Source: Tubulanus polymorphus (taxonomy: Eukaryota; Animalia; Nemertea). From it: 64,000 bases of DNA. Both the position numbers and the translations under genes were made by a program. Positions within the stretch are counted from its first letter, which is position 1; every line of letters starts with the position of its first letter. The notes under the pieces are model-generated. The model saw only the letters and a list, made by a program, of their open reading frames with translations, searched no databases and was not told the DNA's origin. The stretch spans positions 1,595,355 through 1,659,354 of the forward strand of contig NC_134030.1 of NCBI RefSeq assembly GCF_964204645.1, read 5' to 3'. Below, piece by piece: positions 13,428-26,979 of the stretch.

Positions 13428-16400
13428 TAATTTGTCAGCGTTGCCACCGTTAGCTCCAGTACTGTGCCATTGTCAGTTAGACTGGGTCTGAAATGGTGGT
13501 GGCAAGCTGCAGGTCTGGACTGCGCGACCAACATTTTCCGTTTCTACATCCGAAATCTACACGTCTTCTTGGCACGTGGTAATAAGAGTGTGGTTGGTTT
13601 TTGTTCGAACGCGCCTCTGGTAGTAGACTGGTTGCCAGTTTACATTAGACTGGTTGCCGGTCTCTTCCTGTAGACCGTTTACCGGTCTCTATCTTTCATT
13701 AGAGACCGGTTGTGCCCATCCTCCATTTTACATTTTCGATGCATGTCAAATAAGGTCAAACATGTAAAGTAGCAAGTTACTTCCTGGTTAAGATGGCGTC
13801 TCTTCGAATCTGCTTGGCTTCGAGCGATATTAAAATTGTCCTTTATAATGGACGGAAAGACATTAATTGCTGTAAGTATCAGATAAATCCGCTGACAATT
13901 TACCTGGTATTCGAAATACGGACTAACAAGGATCGAAATCTAATGCGAGGTGAGCTCTGCCGCGACCGTCACTGAATACAGAACATTCTGAAGGAACAGA
14001 GGACATCCTTCCTATAACTACCGTTCGTGGGATGTATTTAGTGAATTGATGTTTTAATACAGTGTTGTAAAATGACTATATTTAGTTTCTGAATAAAGTT
14101 TACAATTGCTGAACTCCTTAGTGCTTTGTTAGATCAGATATTTGGATCCACCTCAGCCAACTGATTTCCTGATACAGACAGCAAGTTGGGACAGTCAAAT
14201 TAAGAGATTTGGTCAAGACAAGTTACTCAGATCACACTGGAAATTCGCAATATCCTCTCTCCTCATGGACCACACATTGTCAATGTTGACTTTGCTAGAA
14301 ATCGATTATAAAATTCATCACGACCAATTCTTTTTCACTGAATTCAATATTTATTGTTCACTTCTGGTACAAAATCTTGTTCAGCCCCTGACAAGAGAAT
14401 AAACAATGACACTACGTATTTCATGACATAGAACAGTAGTTTTTTTTTCATCGACAAATTGGGACGATCCTGATATCCCTGATTTGAATGATAGTGTCTT
14501 TAGAATCATAAAGACCATGTCTCGACCAGACAGATAATCCAATCACAATTCAAATTGAAGGCTCGCTAGTGCAGTTATTCACAGAATCCAGCTCTTTAAA
14601 CCTCATCAGTTCATCAGAATCGAGGAGTTTCACCGCCTGTTATTTGGAATCTCATTTCATGACAGCTAGTGCTGATTCTTTATTCTCTTTGATTACTGCA
14701 TGATGTTATCATTCTGAAATTAAAATACATATCACACTTATAATTAAACCTGGATTGACTTTACAAATTAATGGTTCAGAATCCATTTTTCAAACTTACC
14801 TTGATGTATTGCAATCTATTCTTTTTATGTTGAGCTAATTTGATACGCATTACTTCAATTTCTTAAAACATCCTACGAGTTGTGACTCACAAAATCATCA
14901 CTAAAACGCCACAATAATCTACAATAAATAATCAATATAGTTTTTGTGAAATAGCACTCATATTCAATGTTCACATTTTTACGAAGTAAGTAAGTAGGTG
15001 AAGTTACCTCGTTGGTGTGATTATTTTCACTGGATCAACTGCTGATGTCCAATGTCGCATAAAGAACAATCAATCAATCGCCTCGAGTGAACAAATAAGT
15101 TGCCTCTGCTGCATGGTTCAGTATGTTAGTAGTGGTAGTAGTATTGTATGTATTGTTACCGATATTTTCGGTACCACACGCTAAACAAGTGCCTGCAGAA
15201 GCGTTACCCGGCAGTTTTAATGAAATTTCGTTCTTCATTGATATAAACAAGAAAATTAATTTTGATAAACTATTTGACGCCTGCGAAAAAATGTAGAATT
15301 TCTAGGATAAGCTAATGTGGATTTGCAAACTTGAAATCGAAGTTTTAAGAAATTTGAGGAATTATAACATTTGGCGATTGGGTAGATGATACTTCGACTG
15401 TAGGTATAGTGGTTTAATTTTTTTATTGAAGATTGTCAATAATTGATAACTTGCGACCGACTTCATTCATTCATATTTGCCTCTAAGCTGGTCTGCAACT
15501 TCATTGCCTCCATGGTTGAAGAAAGAGCTCTTCTGATGTCTGCTTCATCATGACTTCGAGCATATCGTGTGGCTTAGAAGGCTGGCCCGGTCCCCGGGCC
15601 CGGGTTTGGCTGTCACTCGATATACTAAAAATTTAGTCTTGAGTCTGGGTTGAAGTAGACATTGTCATTTAAAATAACTTGTTTATGTTATTCTCTATGA
15701 ATTACTCGTGTGTCTTGTATGTTGTATTTTCTTACTTTAAAATGTGTAACTTTATTGAATTTGGGAATTTAAATCCCGGAATTTCAATGTAATAACGATC
15801 ATAAAGAATTGAATTGAATTGTCACCTAATACACTTGCCATCAGAGCACGCGGAGCCGTATGTAACAGCTAGGCTATTATACATTGCTAATCTCATGAAA
15901 CCTGCATATCTCCCTAATATCGAACATATTTTCTAAAAAATTTGAATATTGAAATTATATGTTTACACATTTGAATATTGACCGCTTGTAGCCGCTGATG
16001 AAATTCACACCGGCCCTACACAGATCGTAGATAGCTTCGTCATTCCACCAACATCCCCATGTCAGGGTCTGACTTTAATATCAGACTTCCGCATCGTGTA
16101 TACATCCGCCATTTACTTATCATTTCTATTTATGCCTGCCGCTTCTGATATAATCATACATCCTTAACTATTACAATACGTCTTCTAATGATATTCAATG
16201 CAATATAACATTCCGACGTTCAAATAGAGGTCATTACATAATCACAGGAAGCCTTTCTACATGTTTGTAAATAATATTTTGCCAAATAGCTTATTTGTGT
16301 ACACATAGACCTGTGACGTTTTGCACATCGATTTACGGCTGTCGTTTGTAAAATGACGCTGAATGGTTAACATTGTTCAGGTTTCATAATAGTAACGTTT

Positions 16401-16974
16401 TATAAGGCGTCAAAATGACTTTAAAGAGGTCCATGCGGGAACGTAAATCGCGACTCTGTGTAGGCGGCCATGTTACATAGTTCACGTGATGAAATACTGA
16501 AATCTGATTGGATCCGTAGATTCCGCGGAAAATGGCGGACGGGCAAAACCTGTCCCATATTGAATGGCACAGGCAACCAGTCTAGTTTTCTAAACGATGT
16601 ATTTATTACTCGCGTACCACAATATTTATTACTCGCGTACCACAGTCGGACAATCGACCTATGTACGATCTCCACCGTCGCGTGCTGCCTTTACATAAAC
16701 AATAAGCGGTAAATCTGTGAACTAATTTCTAACCTCACTTGCCACAGTAAGACACCGATCGGCAGCCGACGAAGTTAATCCCAGTCCAGTGACTAAATCG
16801 CAAATTTAGCACCAGAGGCTGAAAGTTGTTGGGAATGCGTGGCTGTAAATCATAAATAAAATATATATTAAACTAAAAGTATGTGTTTATGTTGATGGTT
16901 GAGTTTTTGTCAAGGTGTGGAATGCGCGTTTGTGCCGATCATACAGCAACTTATGATTGTTTGTACATCAGCCA

Positions 16975-17072
16975 GAACCCAGGTCCACTCATTAGGATCC
17001 AGTTCCACAGATCAGGATCCAGCTCCTAGGATCCAGTTCCACAGATCAGGATCCAGCTCACAGAATCCAGTT
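16975..17072 (+). repeat. Short tandem repeat of aggatccag-based units
   Basis: aggatccagttccacagatc repeated. Confidence 0.75.
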
Positions 17073-18811
17073 GCATATAGTTTGATCCAAGGTTAGACTT
17101 ATAGTAATATGTTCATTTCCACAGTGTTAGTCTTGACTTTAATTTTGAGCATACAAAAACATCTCGATTCAACGGACGGCTAATTACGATTCAAGAGAGG
17201 CTTCTAGGTATAATGTGAACAAATGTTTTAAATGAAGTTAAATGATTTAATGTAGATAGTTTAAAGTCGATGAGCCTCTGATTTTAATCTATACATGTTC
17301 ACGGATTTGTCCCATTATAACCTATTTCTTATAATCACAGGTCAGCGGTCGCCATTGTGTCCGGATTCAGGTTGAATTTTGATCGACTTTTTTCACAATG
17401 GAATCGGTGCGCATTCCTTTACCGGATATCGATCGTATGGTATTGTTATAGATAATCGCTTGGATGGACCGCAACTCTTCCGATCCATTTTACCTGACCA
17501 GCACCTTCCTTTCGACCACTGGACACCAGACAGCGAACACCTCCTGTGAAAATTCTCCCGGAACCCGAACGTGTTTGGTAAGTGTTAACATTTGACATAA
17601 CCATTAGAAATTTATTCGTAAGAAACTTTATGAACTTGTTTCATTTCCGCTTATGTTTTCCGCACCCAGTTGAACAGTTTAAGAATGATTTTGACTCTTT
17701 AAAAGTTAAATTTTTTGACGATGAAATAAATTACTCTTACTAAACAATTCATTTCAAATGTGGCTGACTCTTGACTGGTTAAACTCAATTAGATTGACTT
17801 TAAGCCCGGGTTAATATTGATACTGCTCTATTAAACCAGCCCCTGTTCTCAATTTTTTAAGTTTTATTGCCATTGTCAATGAGGACAACAATTTGTACTT
17901 AACCGTTTTTAGCTTAATGTTCTCACAAACTCGCTAGGCCATGGTGGCAAATTTTAATTTCATTGAAGTTTGTACTGTTTAATACATGTCATCAAAATTT
18001 TAATTTCAAAATCAAAATAATTTGAAGTGTTCAATGTGTTGTCCTCTTTTGTAGGATAGCGAAAACACACTGCTGGAAATAACTGAAGTCTGAACAAATC
18101 GTTGAGAAGCGCAATTCTTTTTGGTGAGTAAGTATATATCGCTTTCTTTCATCATTTTCATTCTTTTACAACTCCCAGTCTTAAATGTATCAATCAGTTT
18201 CCCTCAGGCCAGGTACCCATCTTGGGTGGAGCAGGGAGGTCACCTCCCTGAGTGTCGTGCGGAATTCGAACACGTGAGTTGCTTCCCAGATTCGAACGCG
18301 ACAACCACGGCTCGCCCGCTGTTAAATCTTTCGTAATTTTTTAGGAGTCCTAAAACCGTTTTTAGTTTGAAAAAAATTGTATTCAAAACTTCTGAAAAAA
18401 ACTATTTACTTATTGAGATAATACGCAAATTCATTTCTGAAATCCCTTTTGTCGAACCGGGTGATTTATCTCATCGCTATATCTGCGGCGAAAAAACCGA
18501 TATGCGCGAGCAGTTCTGAACGGCGGGGAATCCCCGTAACGTTCTCCGCAGCAAAGCCACGTGACACGACTAACTTGTACGTGCGTGCTCCGTATTAGTG
18601 AAGACACTGTTACTCACGAGATGCTGGTTCAGAGATCGCCGCCAGTACTCTTAGACTAGTTGAGGTCGCACTCTAGAGCAGCGAGATTTATAAAATAGAT
18701 ACCGCGCTCTTTGAATTGATGTCAGTATTCTTTAGATCTCTCAAACCGGCTGAGTAACTTTTGAATTCTATGTTTTCTCTAGCATTTGCTGGTGAGTCAT
18801 CGATCCACACC

Positions 18812-19143
18812 GGGGACCTCACCTAGGAGCAGCAAGTAGGAGCATCCACTGGGACCACACCTAGGAGCAGCCACTGGGACCACACCTAGGAGCAGCCACA
18901 GGGACCACACCTAGGAGCAGCCACACCTAGGAGCAGCCACAGGGACCACACCTAGGAGCAGCCACAGGGACCACACCTAGGAGCAGCCACTGGGACCACA
19001 CCTAGGAGCATCCACTGGGACCACACCTAGGAGCAGCCACAGGGACCACACCTGGGAGCAGCCACTGGGACCACACCTAGGAGCAGCCACAGGGACCACA
19101 CCTAGGAGCAGCCACAGGGACCACACCTAGGAGCAGCCACAGG
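18812..19143 (+). repeat. 25-bp minisatellite, ~13 copies
   Basis: gggaccacacctaggagcagccac(a/t), period 25. Confidence 0.95.
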
Positions 19144-19976
19144 AGGGACTGACCTGAATTGGGAATCACTGAATGGAAAAGATAAGTAGAGATATATTTA
19201 TTATAAAACTACAATATTTTTGGAGTACAGGTCTTGAGATGTTTTCAAACTTCCCATCATCTCTTCAGGTGTTTCTGTTGTAGTATGTGGTTATTTTTCT
19301 GTTCAGGTGTCGCCCCCATATTTTTCTGATTGCTAGCAAAAAACAGGGTTAAATTGCTGTATCAAGCATATTACGATGTTAGATAAATTTGTTCTTGTTG
19401 TTCAGGCGTTTCTGCAGTTTTTGAATGTTTTAATGTAAAGTCCATCACCGATATACACACCACATTCAGGTATTCTCTATCGTGATAAATTGTGAATCAA
19501 AAACTTACATATTTAGACTTAATTAGAAATTCATTGGTTCAAAAGGTTTTCATTTATAAAAAAATGTTAAAATTGATTGAAAATAATTACATTGTTGTAA
19601 TGGGAGTGATTTTTCGACCCTAATTAACATCGAAAAAGTTAAACAGAAAATTTAGAAAAAAATAATGAAATAAATAATAAAATAGATAAGTAAATCTAGT
19701 CCTGCTTTCACAAAAAAGTTTTGTTCAGACTTTTTGGGAAACTGGATATATATATATAACTTATATTTATTTTAATCATCAGGTATAATATAGCAATTGA
19801 CTTGAAATGAATATCATAGTAGTATTTATAAACATACAAATCTTCATTAACAAACTAGGGCAAAACATCCCAAAAACGTTAGTTAAAGATATATCATAAT
19901 TCATTTACTCATTTCAAAATGAGATTTACCATATTTACATATATCATATCATATATCGTTATCTCAATTTTTATGG

Positions 19977-20525
19977 TTATTCAACTACCTCAATTCTGGG
20001 ATTTATTAAATAGCAACAATTGTGCAAAATCTTAGTATTTTCACTGGTGTCACTTTCTTCTTTTTGCCGCTGCCTTTTATTTAAAGAAAACACGTTGGCC
20101 TTCGTCAATTTGATAATAATAATTGTCTTATTTGGAAAGAAATTCTTGGATTCAGAAAATATAGCACTTGTATCTGAATTCTTGGAAATATTCATTGAAT
20201 CATCAATCGAAGTGACAAAAATTTGACAAAAAATACTTTTAGTGGATAAATGGTGGTTGTAAGCGGGATTGTTAGACGGAGAGGGGAGATAGAGGAACCG
20301 CTCGTCTTTTCTTCTGATGCTGTCCTGTCTTGCATTCTGTGACGCAGATTGTAGTTGGATAAACACAGCTGATATCTCATTATCATCGTAATTGAAATGT
20401 ATGTTGTACCTCTGAATCTGCATTCTTTTTGGCGGCCGAGGTCCACTTGTTCCCTCACTAGAACTGCTGTCCGATCCTTTTCTCTTGCTCGAGGTTTTGG
20501 AATTAATATTAAAAGTTCCATCCAT
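19977..20525 (-). CDS. Possible 182-aa ORF or terminal exon of unknown function at the end of the minus-strand cluster
   Basis: Long for AT-rich non-repeat DNA; basic/Ser-rich KRKGSDSSSSEGTSGPRPPKR; no recognisable domain. Confidence 0.25.
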   Translation of the reverse strand: MDGTFNINSKTSSKRKGSDSSSSEGTSGPRPPKRMQIQRYNIHFNYDDNEISAVFIQLQSASQNARQDSIRRKDERFLYLPSPSNNPAYNHHLSTKSIFCQIFVTSIDDSMNISKNSDTSAIFSESKNFFPNKTIIIIKLTKANVFSLNKRQRQKEESDTSENTKILHNCCYLINPRIEVVE

Positions 20526-21008
20526 CAGCTCTTAGCCGTTGAGAAGTACTGCGTGAAAATGAGCAAAACTAGTAATCATAGCTTGACCTGGTTTCTCAAT
20601 GATGATGTCACTGGGAAAGCCTTTTGGAATAGTTGAAAGGCTTGATGTTAATACTTGATCTGGATGGGTCCGCGCCCCTTCTATAGTGTCAAAAATATAT
20701 AAATTGTGAAATTTTCCAATTTGGATGCTGTTCTTGGAAATGAAAGGATAATTTCACTCTGTTTTTATCATTTGGTTTTAACGGATAATTCTTGCTGGAA
20801 ACTACCGTCTTGTGTCTGAACACTCGATATATCGATTTCACTTGTGTGTGTGTCATTAGCATGTGTTGCTTGAAATGTGACTTTTGCTCAAACTATTGAC
20901 AGCATATTAGTTTGATTCATTATTATCACCAGTAGTCATTGCACGCTTTAATCTAACATTGCTAAGGTAATTTTAGGTAATTGCCCTCCCATTCTATCTG
21001 GTGTGCAG

Positions 21009-21163
21009 CTATCTGATAGGCCGCTGCTGAGGCGTATTAATCCGATTTTGGGGAGGGGCAGCAGCGGGCGACAAAGGTGGTGGTAATATCCTATCGGGAA
21101 CCAAGTTTCTTTTAAATTCCTCCACCAATTCCCTGAACGGACATTCGTCTAAAATGTTGATGA
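21009..21163 (-). pseudogene. Paralogue of exon 8 of the 45259-58426 gene, with a premature stop
   Basis: Acceptor tttattttacag; reads INILDECPFRELVEEFKRNLVPDRILPPPLSPAAAPPQNRINTPQQRPIR*. Confidence 0.75.
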
Positions 21164-21441
21164 CTGTAAAATAAAAATAGGGAGAAATACATTAAACAAC
21201 AAGTCGAATGGTTTTGATGCTACGGTTAAGAATTCTGGTACTCGGCGAGGTTAAACATTCATTTCTTAAACTTTACAATCGATTGTCACATTGATGGCGC
21301 CATCTATCCTTTCTAAAAACAACTATAGGATTTCAATTGCACAATGTTAATACTAGGGAACAACAGTTATTATTAGATTTTGATTATCAGTGACACACGT
21401 CACACTAAATGATATTGTATGAAAATAGTTAAACTACTTAC

Positions 21442-21510
21442 ACTTCGGTAGAAATAAACGTACAAACTCCTCCCGCCGGAACGCACGACGAATTCTAAAA
21501 GCAAGTGTTC
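21442..21510 (-). CDS. Paralogue of exon 7 (TLAFRIRRAFRREEFVRLFLPK)
   Basis: cag acceptor and gtaagt donor; several synonymous differences from 56332-56397; following intron also homologous. Confidence 0.7.
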
Positions 21511-21764
21511 CTGCTTGACAAAACTAGTTTGAATAAGAGCTGTTTGTTTTAATGAGATGAACTGAATCAATAGAATTATGTAACTGAACCTAAGTGTGTC
21601 CAGTTCCCAAATAAGGATTTGTGTTTTTCTAACCCATTTACGTAAGATATCAACAGACAGGGTTCATTCAGAGGTCAATCCTAAATGTCCCTCCCTTGAG
21701 AAGAATGACATTTCAGGTCATCAAAAGATTAAAATTCATTTAAAATCTGAATCTTTGGCTTTTC

Positions 21765-22612
21765 TATAAACAGATTGCAGATTGCATTGGCTTGAAACCT
21801 GCTTTTGGCATCTAGAAAAATAAGTAAAAATCATTTGAAAATACATTTTATAATCGAGTCCGTCAAACAGTTCAATACTTTCTTACACTTATTCTTAACA
21901 AAGTATGAATAAATTAGCATGAAAACAGTACATTTGTAATTGCAGCAGCTTAGCCGCTTGAAGTCGAAGGGTCTGCCCCCCCCCCCCCCGTGTTTTTCTC
22001 TGAGCTTTCGGCATCTAGTAAGATAACTATGATATAATGATATTAATAGAAAAATTTAAAGTAAAAGTATTGAATAAATTGAAGATACATCATATAATCG
22101 AGGCAGTCAAACAGTTCAGTACTTTCTTACAACTATTCTTAATCATGAATAAATTAGCATGGAAACAGTAAATGTGTACTTACAGTAGCATACGGGCTGG
22201 AACTTGAGGGGCCCGCGGCCCAGGTTTTTCTAATTGCTTTAGGCATTGTTGTAATGCATGGTATGAATAATTAGCATGGAAGCAGTACATTTGTAATTGC
22301 AGCAGCTTATGGGCTGGAGGTCGGGCTGGAAGTCGAAGCTTCTGCGCCCCCTGTTTTTCTCTGAGCTTTCGGCATCTAGTAAAATAAGTATGATATAATG
22401 ATATTAATAGAAAAATTTAAAGTAAAAGTATTAAATAAATTGAAGATACATCATATAATCGAGGCAGTCAAACAGTTCAGTACTTTCTTACAACTATTCT
22501 TAAGCATGGTATGAATGAATAAGCATGGAAGCAGTAAATTTGTACTTACATTAGCGTATGGGCTTGACGTACTCGGACCTGCGCCCCGGGTTTTTTTTAT
22601 GGCTTTAGGCAT
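21765..22612 (-). repeat. Five tandem exon-1-like cassettes (MPKA...; intact 63-nt copies at 22184-22246 and 22550-22612)
   Basis: MPKAIRKTWAAGPSSSSPYAT and MPKAIKKTRGAGPSTSSPYAN each followed by gtaagt; shared intron consensus. Confidence 0.8.
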
Positions 22613-22682
22613 TTTATGAAAAACAATTAAAAATATTAAATCATTTGAAAATATATCAGTCAGTCTTATTCTGGTTCAGTGA

Positions 22683-22910
22683 ACTAATTCTTTATATGGT
22701 GCATGTAGGGGTCCAGGAACACCACATCCACTAATTCTCTATATGGTGCATGTAGGGGTCCAGGGACACCACATCCACTAATTCTCTATATGGTGCATGT
22801 AGGGGTCCAGGAACACCACATCCACTAATTCTCTATATGGTGCATGTAGGGGTCCAGGGACACCATATCCACTAATTCTCTATATGGTGCATGTAGGGGT
22901 CCAGGGACAC
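22683..22910 (-). repeat. 47-bp minisatellite, ~5 copies
   Basis: ctaattctctatatggtgcatgtaggggtccagggacaccacatcca. Confidence 0.95.
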
Positions 22911-23198
22911 GTATTGTTAAAAAGAGGCAGTTTAACGTCGTACCACAGGACAAACAGATAAAAATCGCTGATAAAATGTATTGATAAAACGTATTGTTAA
23001 AAAGAGGCAGTTTAACGTCATACCACAGGACAAACAGATAAAAATCGCTGATAAAATGTATTGATAAAACGTATTGTTAAAAAGAGGCAGTTTAACGTCG
23101 TACCACAGGACAAACAGATAAAAAATCACTGATAAAATGTATGGATAAAACGTATTGTTAAAAAGAGGCAGTTTAACGTCGTACCACAGGACAAACAG
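22909..23198. repeat. 80-bp tandem repeat, ~3.6 copies
   Basis: acgtattgttaaaaagaggcagtttaacgtc at 22909, 22989, 23069, 23150. Confidence 0.95.
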
Positions 23199-23398
23199 AG
23201 TGCAATAATCAATGATTTTAATCCAAATAAGATCTTTTTAGTTGTGACTGTTTGAATTGAGAGGCGGCGATCTCGCTAGTGAGCCAAAAGACAGACACTT
23301 GAAATGAAAATAATATAAATAGTCAATTTCATTCGACATTTTTATTATGACGTTCATTAATTAAAAAATTAGCATGAAAGCAAAGAATTTATAATTAC

Positions 23399-23845
23399 AG
23401 GAGCATATGGGCTTGATGTTGAGGGACGCCCTTGTCCGCTGGGTGCCTTTTTCGTGGCTTTTGATATCTAAAAAATTAGTAATAATATTGAATAAATTGA
23501 AAATATATCATATATCGAGCCAGTCAAACAGTTCAGTACTTTCTAACAACTATTCTTAATCATGAATAAATTAGCATGGAAACAGTAAATTTGTACTAAC
23601 AGTAGGATACGGGCTTGATGTTGAGGGCCCGCACCCCACGTTTTTTTCACTGCTTTCGGCATTATCTAGAAAAATAAGTAAAACTATAAAATCATTTGAA
23701 AATACATAATATATCAGATTGTGGTAATCATGGTAATCATGGTATGAATAAATTAGCATGGACGCAGTAAATTTGTTCTAGCATCATTTGTACTGGACGT
23801 GAGGGTGCCCTCGCCCGCTGGGCGTTTTTGCAGCTTTAGGCATAT
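23399..23845 (-). repeat. Three exon-1-like cassettes (69-nt copy 23399-23467; two frameshifted or degenerate)
   Basis: ISKATKKAPSGQGRPSTSSPYAP followed by gtaatt; block duplicated at 25643-26135. Confidence 0.75.
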
Positions 23846-23984
23846 AGAAAAAGTAAAAATATTAAATCATTTGAAAATATATCTAGCCTCTCATACAGTT
23901 AAGTACTTTTAGTTGCCTTATTCTTAAGCATGATATAAATGAATTATGCTGGACGTGAGACAGAAACGGAAAGAAAACAGGCCG

Positions 23985-24265
23985 GCCCAATTCCCGGCCA
24001 CCTTCATACCGAATGTTGAGTCAAAAAGGTGCTTTGGGCTTTAAAGAATTGAAGACACCATTGTAAGCCGAAATAATTGTGGAATTGGACTAAAATTAAA
24101 TCAAAAAATATGTGGTACATGTTATAGTTGATTTTTTTTCAGTGAAGGCATATTAGGCGCACATGAACGACTCATGCGTTCAAGGCATATCCCTTCACTG
24201 AAAGAATATTTTTTAAATCAGTTAACAAATCCGGAATTGTCCCCGAACGAAGCCGCTCCTCCAAT
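23985..24265 (-). pseudogene. Fragment of the exon 9 3' end and 3'UTR
   Basis: Near-identical reverse complement of ~58350-58625. Confidence 0.8.
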
Positions 24266-24415
24266 AGGAATCTCCCAGAGGCAATTTAATTGATGGGCAC
24301 ATTTTCAAAATTTGTTTTGGTTAGCGGGACACAGAGTTATGAAAACTGGTCACAACTTTTAACTACATACAAAAAAATTGAATGCATTGAAATTGTATTT
24401 GGAGACTGAACTTAC

Positions 24416-24453
24416 TTGGTGCTTGAAAGTCGGGAGGCGTCTCCGGAGGGTTG

Positions 24454-24490
<37 letters not shown>

Positions 24491-24537
24491 TGTTGTTGTT
24501 ATTTGACAGATTAGAAACAGGCGTCTCCGGAGGGGTG

Positions 24538-24579
<42 letters not shown>

Positions 24580-24746
24580 TGTTGTTATTTGACAGATTAG
24601 AAACAGGCGTCTCCGGAGGGGTGGGCTGCTGCTGCTGCTGCTGTTGCTGCTGCTGTTGCTGTTGTTGTTATTTGACAGATTAGAAACAGGCGTCTCCGGA
24701 GGAGTGCGCTGCTGCTGCTGCTGCTGCTGTTGTTGTGATTCACCGA
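24416..24746 (-). pseudogene. Exon 6 paralogue with internal tandem expansion and (CAG/CAA)n tracts; frameshifted
   Basis: tttacag acceptor, gtaagt donor; ccggagacgcctgtttctaatctgtcaaataac repeated three times. Confidence 0.75.
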
Positions 24747-24955
24747 CTGTAAATGGAAATAATATAAAAATAAATGCAACAGAAAATGAACACAACAGGC
24801 ACTTATTACACGGTAGTTCAGTAGAATGAAGGGGTCTGGGTAGAAAAACGTGTATTCTAAGATTATCAGTATATATTTCCGTGAGGAATTTCATAAAAAC
24901 CGGCACGTACGAGGGAAGTGAGGCATGTGAGATTGAGGGCGTCACTGATACTTAC

Positions 24956-24994
24956 ATTTAGCAGCGGTGACCTTGCCTGTGAGGCAAACTGACG
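24956..24994 (-). CDS. Exon 5 paralogue (RQFASQARSPLLN)
   Basis: 39 nt, tttctag / gtaagt boundaries, homologous to 49284-49322. Confidence 0.65.
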
Positions 24995-25406
24995 CTAGAA
25001 ATGAAAATAAAAAAATACATTAGTCAAATTCATTAACGTTGCTAAGTTCAAGTTGCTGGTTTTTTAAACAATTTTAATAAGAAAAAAATATTCAGGTATA
25101 GCTAGCACTATATCAGGAACGTAGCTTGAGGCGGTTCGGGGGGTTCGAAAATTCAGTTCCTCGCAAAGAAAAATTAAAAACAGAAATGTTAAACTTACCA
25201 ATATTGAAATTTGTTCATTTAATCAAAACCTTCGTTATATCAATAGAAATCTCCCAGAGGCAATTTAATTGATGGGCACATTTTCAAAATTTGTTTTGGT
25301 TAGCGGCCCCCGACACAGAGTTATGAAAACTGGTCACAACTTTAACCGTTTTAGCTCCATACAAAAAATTGAATGCGTTGAAATTGTATTTGAAGACTGA
25401 ACTTAC

Positions 25407-25521
25407 TTCGCGCTTGGAAGTCGGGAGGCGTCTCTGGCGGAAGAGATGCGCTTCTGCTGCTGCTGTTGTTGTTATCCGAATTCAGAGGTGGCGATCGGCC
25501 TGGCGACCCAAAGTAGAGACG
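25407..25521 (-). CDS. Fused exon 5+6 paralogue (RLYFGSPGRSPPLNSDNNNSSSRSASLPPETPPDFQAR)
   Basis: 115 nt, tttctag / gtaagt, open frame, phase 0 to 1 as in the + gene. Confidence 0.7.
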
Positions 25522-25642
25522 CTAGAAATTAAAAAATAATATAAATATATTAGTCAATTTCATTAAAGTTTAAATTTTCAACATTTTTATTGTAACGTTC
25601 ATTAGTTAATAAATTAGCATGAAGCGATGAATTTGTACTCAC

Positions 25643-26135
25643 AGGTGCATATGGACTTGATGTAGAGGGACCCCCTTGTCCGCTGGGTGCCTTTTTGGTG
25701 GCTTTTGACATCTAAAAACATTAGTTATAATATATAATGATATGAAAATATATCATATATCGAGCCAGTCAAACAGTTCAGTACTTTCTAACAACTATTC
25801 TTAATCATGAATAAATTGAAAATATATCATATATCGAGCCAGTCAAACAGTTCAGTACTTTCTTACAAATATTCTTAATCATGAATAAATTAGCATGGAA
25901 ACAGTAAATTTGTACTAACAGTAGGATACGGGCTTGATGTTGAGGGCCCGCACCCCACGTTTTTTTCACTGCTTTCGGCATTATCTAGAAAAATAAGTAA
26001 AACTATAAAATCATTTGAAAATAAATTATATATCAGATTGTGGTAATCATGGTAATCCTGGTATGAATAAATTAGCATGGACGCAGTAAATTTGTACTAG
26101 CACCATCGTTTGTACTGGACGTGAGGGTGCCCTCG
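25643..26135 (-). repeat. Exon-1-like cassettes (intact 69-nt MSKATKKAPSGQGGPSTSSPYAP at 25643-25711, plus two degenerate copies)
   Basis: ttttag|atg...|gtgagt; duplicate of 23399-23845. Confidence 0.75.
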
Positions 26136-26591
26136 CTCATTGAAATTCCCTTTTGTTTACCATTTACCATGAGGTAACATTTCAGATGGAGCCACTTTGA
26201 CTATAATAAACGGTTGTAGTTCTACTGTTCACTGCTTCAGGTTTTCTATTGCAATATGTCACTATTGAACAAGAAACAAGAAATCAATCGAAGTTTGTCC
26301 GAACTGGTTTTTCAGTTTTTCTCCACTCGTCTATAACGGGCTATCAATCAATATGGTCGAATGTGCAGAATGTTCCAGCTGATAAAAACTGGGTTCCAAA
26401 ATAATCAGCCCTTTGCATGTGATGATGCGAACGATCTGCCTGGGTGCACCCTGGTATAGATTTGACGATGCAGTAATGTATGACGGACATTACCTGTCAG
26501 TAGCAGAAGCAGGGTTTAATATTCTATATATATAAATTTCGGTTTCAAGCTCAAGAATGATGACTTCAAACAGGCGTTTACGATAACTTAC

Positions 26592-26721
26592 ATCTATTCC
26601 GGACATAGAAATATTGAACCGTTGTTGTTGTTGTTGTTGTTGTTGTTCGGTTCTTTTTGCATACGGGCTCGATGTACTTGGACCCGCGCCCTGTGTTTTT
26701 TTTCATTGCTTTAGGCATAAT
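26592..26721 (-). pseudogene. Fused exon 1+2 paralogue with a +1 frameshift in an A-run
   Basis: MPKAMKK/TQGAGPSTSSPYAKRTE-polyQ-RFNISMSGID followed by gtaagt; 130 nt. Confidence 0.7.
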
Positions 26722-26849
26722 CTAGAAAAACGAGTAAAAATATTAAATCGATTTAGGCGTTAATCCTTTTTGTGAAACTGGACCCAGGGGTACAAAATAC
26801 TAAGTATGGGATGAATAAATAAGCATGGAAGCAGTAAATTTGTACTTAC

Positions 26850-26912
26850 TTTATTATACGGGCTCGATGTTGAGGGCCCCGCGCCCCGGGTTTTCTTTGT
26901 GGCTTTTGGCAT
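26850..26912 (-). CDS. Exon 1 paralogue MPKATKKTRGAGPSTSSPYNK
   Basis: ttttctag|ATG, 63 nt, gtaagt; same peptide as 45259-45321 with two synonymous changes. Confidence 0.75.
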
Positions 26913-26979
26913 CTAGAAAAACAAGTAAAAATATTAAATCATTTGAAAATATATCAGTCAGTCTTATTCTGGTTCAGTG

